Translations under genes and position numbers: made by a program
Origin: Bugula neritina
Lineage: Eukaryota; Animalia; Bryozoa
DNA length: 64,000 nucleotides
NCBI GenBank assembly: GCA_964035545.1
Contig: OZ037765.1
Location: 18,042,995-18,106,994 of the forward strand
Direction of reading: 5' to 3'
In this document: one piece after another, positions 36,601 through 47,882 of the stretch
Layout: each line of letters opens with the position of its first letter
Position numbering within the stretch: position 1 is the first letter of the stretch
Notes under the pieces: model-generated
Told to the model about the DNA's origin: nothing
The model's database searches: none
What the model saw: only the letters and a program-made list of their open reading frames with translations

Positions 36601-37973
36601 TATTAAAGCTAATGTCGTATAGTTCACTAATAGTAATTAATTCTAATAGCAATACTAATAGTTTTAGTTTTAAAAGTGTAGTAAAAGTGTAATACTAACT
36701 GTGAAACTAAATGTGGTACTTATACTTATAGTTATACTGATACTCATTGTCATACTGTTATACTGATAGTTGTACTATAAGTAATACTAATAGTAAGGCT
36801 TATATTTATAAATATTAGTAGTATTAGTAGTAGTACTAATACTCATTACTAGTAGTAATACTAATAGTTACACTAAGTGTAAGACTAACAGTAAGTGTAT
36901 TACATTTTGATTTACTATAACTATTGCCATGGTCTATGAGTATGTCTATTAGTGTTAATATCAGTAATGAGTATTAGTATTATTACTAAGTATTACAGAG
37001 TTACTTCAACTATTAGTATAAGTATTAGTATTACGATTAGTATTAGTCTATTAGTAAATGCATTAGATTAGTTTATTGCTATTGGTGGAACACTATCAGC
37101 AATTCCAATATTGGCATTCGCTATTTAGTATTTATTGGCAGTTAGTGTTACTATTTGTATTTAGTAACTGTTACATCTTTGCCACTTACGTTATTATTGA
37201 GTTCAATTATAACTAACTCTAAGAGCAAGTCTGATGCTTATGCTATGCTTATTGCCTATTGCCTATTGCAAATTACTATTAGATTTAGTATTACTATTAC
37301 TATTAATATTATTATTATTAGTATTACAATAACTATAAGCGTTAGTAATAGTTATACTCATACTTATATTAATATCATTATGATCAATATTAGTAAATTA
37401 CTATGTTATTGGCGTTGTGATTCCTAAACCTCAATTGTTAAACTTTAAGTTGAAGTTAATCAGATAAAGTTAAACTTAGTTTTAAAGTAGTAATCACAGT
37501 CACCAGTCGTAGTAAGCATAGCACTCACAGTAACTGTGAGTCAAAGTCTGAGTGAGTGTTGGTAATCATAATGTCAGAGTTTAGTATTAAATTAGCAGAC
37601 CTGTAAGTCATCAAATTCAATCGTAATCATATTGATATTCGTCCATCATTTATATTCATGAATGAATTTAATTTTAATCATTATTATTTTATTAATATTA
37701 TTACTAATTAGTAAGACTATCTTAAAATATTAGGACATGTTTTGGCTGAGATTTTATTTCAAATAAGCAAGTAAGTTACTATTACTATTAACAATTAAAA
37801 CTGGGAATTACTAAAATAATTATTTATTTATAAGTAATTGACATAGATACCGTGTAGATAGTATTCTAGTGATTGCTTGCTCGTATACCTATAACCACAA
37901 CATAATCAAAATGGCTAATGGTATACTTAAAGTTCAAGTCTGAAATTAACCGCTGAAACAAATATCAGAAAGC

Positions 37974-38639
37974 ATGGAATCAGGAGTTACTAATCATTCT
38001 AGGAGTTCAGATGGACCTGATGGAAATGCTACTACCAGTGTAAGTCATAATACTAAGTGAGCCGATGCAAACAATACTTGTTTATTATTCATAATTGTAG
38101 TACAATGATTGGCAACTTTAACTTTAAACTAAACTCAAGGTAATGGCGTAATTTATATTAGTGGACGATACTAGGTATATTATTTTAAAGGTCCACTAAA
38201 AGTAGAAGCGTTTTGTGAACTACAGAATATATTGAAGAGTCCGTAAAAAATTTACTACAATGTATTAAACTGATATTTTGGCAATAAATTTGTCATTTTG
38301 GGAGTTTAACTTTAAGCCTATACAGATACTAACATATATATGCATAATTTTTTATGTACGTTTAAAATGGAGCAGAAAAAGTTTTATGTTTTGCGATGCA
38401 TTTTGTGTTCAGCTTTTTCAATGGAAAATGCCTCAACAAATCGTTTTAGCAAGCTGTGGTCAAACCTAAAAACTCAGTAAAATAATTTTCTGTCAGAATA
38501 TAGTTAGGAAATTTTAAATCATACTAGTATACCTGTACTGCTGGTTTTAGAGTTGAACTCTGAGAACAGCCTAAACAAATTACACCCCCCCCCCCTCCCA
38601 GTAAATCATTGTAACACCAGATTCAGTTTTTGACAAAAC

Positions 38640-38675
<36 letters not shown>

Positions 38676-41566
38676 ATATCCCGCTACCCAAACAGGATAA
38701 GGCGGAGATAGGGAAGAAAAAAATATATATTATATATTACCTTTAGCTACGTGAAGTGGAGCAACTATCTAAATTATTGTCAACATGGAAAGAAGTACTA
38801 ATATTCACTCACGATGTACTTATGTGGAGAGAATCTCATTACCCTTACTGTATTGCTGGGGTTGTTAGCTTCACCTTTTTGTAAGTATTATTTGTGCTGC
38901 ATATTAATTTTTTACCGGTAGATACTCTCTAAAAAGAATAATTTCAATCCTGCGAATGTAGTCATAGCAAGATTTCCATTTTGTTGCTTTGCTTTAATTC
39001 AGTTGGTATGTATGTATATTTTAACTGTTAACCCCCTCTTCACACATTGCTGTACCGTACGCCGTAACAGCAAATAGCCGCCATCTTTGGTAACATTCGG
39101 GCTAAATCGTACCCCGGTATACGCTGCGGCGTTGATCAAGCAGTGCTTGATTCAAAAAATTACGTCGGGCTCCCATTTAGGTAGAGTTGATCTGGTACTA
39201 AAATTTAAAGAATATTTTCGCTAGTCTATTTTAATCACTTATTGTTGATTTAATTTAACCAATTCAAAAGTTTTAAAAGGTTAAAAAATCTTTACCAGGC
39301 TTGTTTAAATTAAACTCAGCTTAAAAATTTAACTTTCACTCATTACAAAAGCACACAAACCAAAAAAACTAAAAATTAATTGGACGGCTTAAATATTTAT
39401 TATTCAAATTAGTTTGCACAATTATTTTAAGGACACATATATTTCAAAAAGAGACTTCTTTTTTAAATTGATTTTATCTAGTCAATAACATATTGATCAT
39501 ATCTTTTGAGAAGAATGTTACAATAAACTTGTGAAATAATATTCAAAGGCGTGCAAGTCACCGCAGACAAGAATTAGCCTTGTTATGATTGGTCACAGCT
39601 CAACGCCATGTGTTGTACTTTTACGTCAATGTGTGAACGCCTGTTGACAAAATGTTACAGCGGCGCCATTTTGTTTGTGCTGTTACGGCAATGTGTGAAC
39701 AGGGGGCAAGTATAATTACATTATGTGTTTGAAATTGTAGAGTGTGGTGGTGGCTTAATGCATCATTCCTAACAACTGTTGCCATGGTACTGCTTTTCTT
39801 GGTCCTAGTTGATCACTTTCTTTACACTTTTGGATCTCGACTTTTCAATGGAAAAAAATGGTAAGTTCAGCAATAGAGTTTTTGATTATTCTTAATGTTT
39901 TTTAAACATTTTACAACTCTATTATATATGTAATGTGGTTGTGGGCTAGAATTGTTTAATGTTTTCCTACAAATAACACTGCAAGTAAGTTTGTACATAC
40001 TCTTTCTTAATCAATGCTTCATTTTTGAACACAGCTTCTAAAGGCTAGAGCTGCAATTGTTTGTGTTTAATTTTGCTGGATATTTCATAATCATTAAATA
40101 TGAATATTATGCTGTGGGTGACACCCAACTTGTTGCATAATCTAGGACTGGTGAACACGAAAGGCAATTTGAGGAGTTGTGCCACCTGGTTTTGGACTCC
40201 AGAAAAATAGCTTACTCAGTTTATAATCATATCACAAATTTGAAATCGAAATGGCCTCAACTGGTAAGTTTTACTAAAATGTGTCTGGTTGTAAAATGAT
40301 TTTATGGGCTGTTTAAAATATGTGTGTTTTCAATAGTAATTTTCTCAATTATTTGTGCATGCATATTTGCGAAATTTAATTCTGCTTGAAATATTGCACT
40401 GCCATGGTTATTTTTTAGTTTGTGGTAGTAACTTGTGGGATTCTTTTTCTGGTAGGACTAGTTGGCTACTTCATTAACAATACTCTGCTTCTTTATCTGT
40501 TTGGTGAGTAATTCAAATTAGGTGGAATTAATTGAAACTAATTTCCCGACATGCCTGTTTTTGGCTGTATTTAAACAGTTCTTTAGTATTGTATTATTCA
40601 CATAAATTAGTTGCTGTCATCTCGAGCAGTTACAAAGTTAAACTCATACCAATATTGGAAAAAAAGTTGCCAGGGCATCAAATTATCACAGCGTGCTACC
40701 ATGAGAATAGCAGTTGACATGAATGCCAATATATTTTTTAACGTCAAGCTTCATTCTAGACCCCAAATTTCAGATTTTATATTTTTCAAAATTTTGTAAT
40801 ATTTATTATTAAATTATTTCGAAATGCTGGTTTAAACAGAATTATAATCTGGTTTACCTTGAATATGCATTTTTACAAAAAAAGTGTTGTGAAACGTTTT
40901 TCATTAAAAGATGGATAGCATTTTGCTTTTCTCATTTTTTATGTTATATTAATGAACTACTTATACTAAATATTTGATAAAACTGCAAACTACATATTAC
41001 GATAAGCCAGAATTATTCATACAAGACAATGATTTTTATTAATTTTCACAATTATCAGTTTGAAGAAAGACTTTTATTTTACAATCTATTTAGAATCCAT
41101 AATGACATGTATTATTGTTCGATTTTTAGAACTGTTTGTAACATAAGTTAAAGAATAATTATTGATTGGCTTGAAATTATTTTAAGTACATAATAGTGGA
41201 TGTTTTATATATTCTGTGTCTAAATCATAAAATATTAGGTCAGGGGTGTAGTTTATTTTTTCAGTCAGTTGTTAAACAAAAGTCAGCGAGGTGATTGCAT
41301 TGCTTGAAAAGTTCTATTTAGTTTGTCATAGCTTTTTAAAAATTAATATAGATCCTGATGAGTGATTAAGTGCTATTGGATAATTTATATTTGCAAAACT
41401 TCTGTTAATGGTATTTTGATTATATTATTATTATATTATTGTAGTGCTTATAATGGCTGAATTTCCAGGAGCACATGCCAAGGGCTATGTAATGCTGGTA
41501 TATACCAAATTATTTGAAGCATTAGAGAAAAACTTTCTACAGTCCTATAAAACTAAAAAAAGTTAA
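37974..41566 (+). CDS. ARL6IP1: ARL6-interacting protein 1 (reticulon-like ER-shaping membrane protein), 6 exons
   Basis: Absent from the ORF track. Exons 37974-38039, 38747-38880 (WKEVLIFTHDVLMWRESHYP), 39741-39860, 40146-40263 (WTGEHERQFEELC), 40419-40503 (GYFINNTLLLYL) and 41445-41566 (FPG...KTKKS*). They match ARL6IP1 motifs (WGEV..DKVLRWE..FP; KWT.EQ..RF.EIC; VHNLLLTYL; LPG) and end in a di-lysine ER-retrieval-type tail. Confidence 0.88.
38585..38679. repeat. Poly-C run and (TA)n microsatellite in ARL6IP1 intron 1
   Basis: C-run at about 38585-38599 and TA repeat at about 38640-38679. Confidence 0.85.
39031..39707. mobile_element. MITE (about 680 bp) in ARL6IP1 intron 2
   Basis: Terminal inverted repeats ACCCCCTCTTCACACATTGC and GCAATGTGTGAACAGGGGGC (18/20), an inverted subterminal GCCGTAACAGCA, GC-rich ends and an AT-rich core. 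The TSD is unclear. Confidence 0.82.
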
Positions 41567-41814
41567 AGTTACACCTTTTTATTCTCACAGTAACAAAGCA
41601 TGCCACTATAGCTGTAATATGTTTTATAAACTACTTTTGCTCTATTCAAAGCTTATTGGAATATTATGTGCAACTTCTACTACTAATTTTGTCTTAATTT
41701 ATTTGTCACAATCAATATACTATATGGAATAATGTTATACTATTTATTTTCGTTTATATGCTATGTTAGCCTATGTTTATAAAATGTTGTTAGCGATGTC
41801 CTTTTTCTGTCTCT

Positions 41815-44800
41815 CTATTTATTCAGCTTCTCCAGTACCTTCAAAATAAAACTTTGAATAAAAATTAGTACAATAACTAATAAATGAACGTTACTAGTAA
41901 ATTAATCATAATTCTCAATGGTATACTCCTAAATACAGTGCAAAGCGTACCTTGTTGGCTGCTCTTTTACCAGCATTTACAGCACCACTTAAATATCCAG
42001 ACCAAACTGAGCTCGATTCAGTCCCAGCAAACTCTATCCTGTGCAAATGAACTCTTATGATTAGCTGTTTAGGATGTTATTCTTGTAACTATTGCATTGC
42101 ATTTCACTTTTCGTTCTTGGTAGCAAGATATTCTGCCATAGTACACTTTCTTTAATGAAATTGCTTACAAAAAGTCAAGTTACCTTCCTAAAGGAGCTTT
42201 TAACTCGTTGTAATACTTCATAACTCCTGTGTTAACCACATCTGTTGGGCATCCGCCATTATACTTTTCTTTTGCCCAATCTTTTTCTCTGTATTCTATA
42301 GGATGCTTCAACTCTTGAATCTCCATAATCTCTGAGAGGCTATCAAGAACAGCTTGACGTCTCTCCTCTGGCTACAAACACAGTTTCATTTATTTGCAAA
42401 GTATATATTACTTTTTTAGCTTGGGATGCCCGCTTTTGCATGGTTTGTAGTTTGGTTACAGATACAAACTTAAATATGCTTCTCATGCAATAAGCAGTAA
42501 CAGTCATTTACATATTCTTAATAGCGAATGCTTCATGCTAACTATGATAAAAGTTTGGTTTGCATCATTTAGAGCTTTGCTCATGGGAAAAACATGTTTT
42601 ATAATTTATTACCATTTCTTTTCTCTCAACCAATTCTGTTATGAGTTCTACTTGGGATTGAGGTATTTTCTTAATAATAGAAGAGTACAATCACGAGTAT
42701 TAGTTAATGATTAATGCATAGAAATTACATATGTTGGTACACGGCAATAGTTATTTTCCGCAAACATACAGGCTTGTCTCCCCAAGCAGTTGCCTGGTCA
42801 CCTCCAATGAAGACTACTAGTGCAGGATGACCTTGTTCAGAAGTGGCATCATACACGATGCTGATAGCTCCTTGTGCTGTTCCTTTTGGATCAGTCGTGA
42901 CTATTTCACCAGAGTAGCCCTTTTCTCTCCAATAAGCCTGCGTTTGTATAACATGCTCCTATGATTTGCACTTTATAAGTTATGGGAACAAACTGAAAGT
43001 GAGGTGAAGTAGCAAAAAAATTTCTTTAGTTCTTTAGTTAAGTGAATTTTATGCAAGGATTGATATTGAAACAATGTCTTTTGCTGCATTTCTAATCCAG
43101 AACACGGGCATATGTCAACTTTTCGATTATGTACTGGGCCTGCCTTGGCTGCTATTTACTGTCTCAAGTCTTCTGCACATTAATGTTGAGTAATTTCACA
43201 GTAAGAGGTCTGAAACTTGTATGAAAACTTATAAAATTTAATGTCTTGACTTGCAAAAGATAACATATAAGATACAGCAGCCTGTATGTTTTATTCAATT
43301 TATGTCACTAAATCACACAAAGTACACAAACTAGTAAATAGTTACTTTATATAAAAGAAAATTATTTAAGTTTGCAATTTGAATAACTGGGGTTGATAGG
43401 AACAATTTTCATACATGCATAAAAATTCTATCACCAGTCAAATATTAGCTATAGAGCTGACCTTTCTATAAGTGACAATAACTTTGATCAGGTGACCTGT
43501 AGACATCATCTTAATCAATCGTAATTTGGAGTTGGGCAATGCTGGAACAAAGTCTATTTTGAGTAGCTGCTGTGGAGGCATGGCCAGGATGGCATACTTA
43601 CACTGATATTTGTGTTCACAGCTGTATATGCTCACTGTGTCTTCATCCTTTGGTAACAACAATTACATCATAACAGGTGATGACTTGTATGTATTATGAT
43701 TATGGAAATATAACATCTGTAAGACATAAAATTTGTAAGTAATCAAGTTAGAATAGTGAGAAAATATGTAAACCAGAACAAAATTACATCCCTTACCAAA
43801 TATTTTTAGCTAAAGTTTAAAGCAGCTAGTATACATATATATTAAAATTTATCAACCAGTACATTCTGAAAGTATATACCTATCACCTGCTCAATTTTAG
43901 TCACGGGTGTAGAAAGTTTCACATTTTCTGTGCCAATATATTTATCTACCAGTACGCTGCACACATTCTGTGATCCACCCTACAGAATACACACTTGCAT
44001 TAATATAATTCAGAAAAAGTAGGTTCTTGTCTTAGGCTTATCTGATATTCTAAATTAAATACTGGGAAAAATTATGTACCACTATTTTGTACTCCTGAGC
44101 AGTTCCAGGAGTTGCCCCCACTATTTGTTGAAAGCTCTCGCCTGCTGCGCAGTAGGTGAGAAAATACAATGCGTTTATTTGTGAAGGATCTGCTCCAAAT
44201 ACTGTTCTTGTGGTGGCTACTATCATCTCCTTCACCTCTGCAAAGTTATTTTAGTATTAAAATATCTGGTGTATAATACCAGGATAGGATGGAAACCATA
44301 TAACTCAATGTTGTTTGTTGAACAGTAGCAACAGGTAAAAATATCTCTTATTATTTAAATATTTTACTTTAATAAATGCACTACAAATACAATGTGTATA
44401 CTTCAACTTGTACAGGTATGAGAATTTGTGTAGGAATATTCCTACAAACAAAACAATATCAATATGATAGTATTCCCATCTGTATATATTACACAATTAT
44501 GGTGATGGAGATATTTATGGCCTTGTGAACTTTTGAGTTGATGCTGATTAATTTTTTTAAATTCATAGTCTGCAGTTGTAAACATTTTCGAGCCACTTAA
44601 GAATATATTAAATGACATTTATTTGAAATGAGACAACTCCTTACGTTTTAGATAATCTTCCTATTTTTACTTGATTTGTATTAATATCAAATGGTGAGTC
44701 CCCTTAATTAGTGATGATAAAATTCATGTGCCTTTCTACCTGATCAGAATGTTACTAGCCGGTACCTTGAGTTAGCAGTACATTAGCTGGGTACAACACT

Positions 44801-47464
44801 ACCAGGTAAGTAAAGATTCAACAGCATGTGATGATAATAACTAAGTTATACTTACTATCAGTGAAAGTAACCTTCTTCATTAATCCTGCTACTGTTATTG
44901 AGTCTAATAACTCTGCATCTGCATGCTTCCAAGGATTCTCGGCCCCAACTGCTTTGACTAACCATTCCAACTGGAAACATAGTTCTAATTTCAATCAATG
45001 GTTTTCATTCTAAATTTTTATCACAATAATAAGTAATACTAATTTGGTTTACATGTTATTTAAACCTGCCCTAGATATGGCCTGTCCCAAGTCTACTGTG
45101 CTCAAAACCCCAACAGAAGGCAAATCCGACGAATACTTCCGTGCTTTAGTATCTGCATTTAGTTTTATAAATTTAGTTCCAGTGATATATTGGTCATATG
45201 TCTTGATATCTAACTCTTTCAACAACTCCATTACATCCAGCTGAGTTCTAAAATAAACACATGTAATTATCAGTCATTAAAATATGATGCAATACTAAAT
45301 AAGTGCTTCAATATGAATAGCATGTTTTATACATACGCCTTTTCTTAGAACTAAAGTACATATTTTATATATTACTGTATCTTAGTGATTAGTGTTAATT
45401 GTACGTTAAGCTCAATGTGTTGAAGCACTCGTTAGCGAGCAACTTATTGTTGCATCTTTCAGCTACCGCTTGTGATATATGTAGAGGTGCAGTAACTAGA
45501 TTTTACCTCCCAACCCACATTCCTCCAAACTCCCATTTCTTCAAGTCGTCATGGCCATCAGCATCCGCACATTTCATTTCCTGTAATTCTGTCCGGCCAC
45601 CAACTCTGTCTAAATATGGATATAGAAACACTATTACTAGTTAGCATTATTTTATACTAATTGATAAGCAAGAATTTACCAATCAACCAGTGACCACCAG
45701 TACGCAACACCAAAGGACCAGAGACTACACACGGATGTAACCTTTGCAACAAGAACTTTGATTAGTCTACAGAGTCATAGAACCACTCTTCTAGCTATTG
45801 AACTATAAGAGGACGTGCAACCTTTTTAGAGCAACGGCCAATACTACAAAATTTGGCTTGAGGGGAGCAGCATAAGCATTTCCAAGTTAGGCTGTACCTA
45901 AGTACATAATCTCTTAGAAACATTAAACCGGATCAAATAATTAATGCATGCTACATGCATTGTAATTGTAGAAAACTAGGATCTGCCTGTTCATAAAAAC
46001 AGACATTAACAGAAGTTGCTTGTCAACCATAACTGGTATACTATGCATAGATATACAGGAAACAGTATATTTATTATATTATATTATACACTATATTATA
46101 TTATGTACATTATTATAATATATATAATATGTATATAATAATGTAGGCTATATAATATATTATACATATATGTAAAGTATATTTATGTTTACATATTCAA
46201 ACTAAGAGTATAAGCGATTAGAGTCTTCAATGGCAGTTAAATTGTTCAACCATCAGTGATACACTTAGTACTGTTTGCCTTGTTTGCAAATCTGTCAATA
46301 TCAGGTTTTGTATCTGAACATGAAACACTTAGTTACTGGGCTAAATGCACATCAGTGAGTTAGGTACAGTATTTAATCTTTGTATAATACATCATATAAC
46401 TGAAGAATTTTTCACATCTAGGTATGTAGTCCAAAGAGACTAACCATTATTAGAGCTGTCAATATAGTATATACAGCTGGACGAGGGCCAGATGGAAGAA
46501 TTTTATTGAGGTGCGTTGATGCTTGAGAAGGTGGTTGCTTTGCAAACTAATGAGCTGCATCTTCAACTTGGTTGTAGTACATCAGGGTCAACAGAGAATA
46601 AATTTGCAAAGGTACATTTTTCTTGAACAGTCATGTCAAATTGGGGGTGAGCCCTTGGGCAGCCAGCCTATTGGACAGCCCTGAACTAGAACGTCCTTAT
46701 ATTTGTAGAGTTGCCAGATTCCAACACAATACTAGGGTTTTACCCATAATTGGACTAGGATACATTAGTCTACTATTACCTTTCTGGCCATGACTTGATC
46801 TCATTTGATTCAATCTCCTAAATATAGCTCAAATGCATTCTAAAATCAACTTTACATTCAAAATCTAAGTATGAGTTAACCAGGTGAGTGCAGAACAGTG
46901 GTGTTTTCAAATAACCAGATTTGGAGTGGATGTTTGTAGCCCGAGAACATAACTGCATGGAAATAAAGCAACCACCCTCAAAACAAATTTAGCTATAAAT
47001 CCAAGTCTACTTCATAGTGCATTAATAAGTAGGAGTCAAGTTTGGTTCCTTCAGAGGTAACAGTGGTGATGGAACTTGAGCAGATGGGCCAGAATTGTCT
47101 ACGTATCACATCATAATAATTTGTCTTTGCTCTAGACTTACCTGCTCTCATAGAGTAGAAACCTACTTACAATATGCATTAATTGCCTGATTATCAGCAT
47201 TTAGTGTTAATTTCAGTTCAGGTTACCTCTGTGTTGTACAAAGTGTCAAAATTTGTGCTGAATGCAGCAAAGACCAATCCTTTACACTGCAAGAAGTAGT
47301 AAAATGATATCAAATTAGTATTACATATTACTAACTATATACTTGCCTTTAGCTTCTAGGACACATACTTTAAGTCCAGGTCTACTTTTCAGCAGAGTAT
47401 GAGCTGCAGAAAGGCCAGAAAAACCTGCACCAACACAGATTACATCATACTGCAGGGCTGACAT
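41815..47464 (-). CDS. Flavin-containing (monoamine oxidase-like) amine oxidase, soluble type, 11 exons
   Basis: Exons 47347-47464 ([20 protein letters not shown]), 45507-45609 (DRVGGRT..FGGMWVG), 45070-45247, 44856-44970, 44080-44237, 43887-43979 (GGSQ), 43462-43647 (GHLIK), 42770-42937, 42184-42371 ([11 protein letters not shown]), 41951-42038 ([19 protein letters not shown]) and 41815-41838. Introns 1 and 3 need GC donors. Confidence 0.92.
46265..46683 (-). mobile_element. Internally deleted hAT (Charlie/SPIN-like) transposon relic in amine oxidase intron 1
   Basis: Terminus CAGGGCTGTCCAA (46671-46683, - strand), then broken transposase C-terminal fragments: [51 protein letters not shown]. 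These resemble the hAT dimerisation region. Confidence 0.75.
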
Positions 47465-47818
47465 GTTGATTCCTTTCTCTACTAAATAGAGTTAGTGTGT
47501 GCACTTTGAGCACCTGTTTACTGCTGGCATGATAAGATATCAATTGTATGCAAGCATAGACTTATAACCATACGGCAGTGCCAGTATCGATAGACATAGC
47601 TTACATAGTTTTTAAATTAGAAGATATCAAAACTATTTTATGTTCTTGACCTGTTTACTGTAGCACAGATATATATAAATAGAAGTTGCTTTCTCCTTTA
47701 ACAAAAAAGAAAGTTGTTGTTTTGGAAACTCGATAACATTGCTTACAAAGTTTGAATAACCTTTTAATTAAACACACAAAACTAGCATACAGCATTATTA
47801 AAACAAGTAAAATCTAGC

Positions 47819-47882
47819 GTGTGTGTATGTGTGTATGTGTGTATATGCTTGTGTATGTGTGCATATGCTTGTGTGTGCATGC
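47819..47882. repeat. Imperfect (GT)n microsatellite
   Basis: Array of GTGTGTATGT-type units. Confidence 0.85.

Noticed and set aside
47585-47592. DRE-like TATCGATA upstream of the amine oxidase (also at 20781-20788)
   Set aside because: An 8-mer in AT-rich DNA with unknown transcription start sites is not distinguishable from chance.
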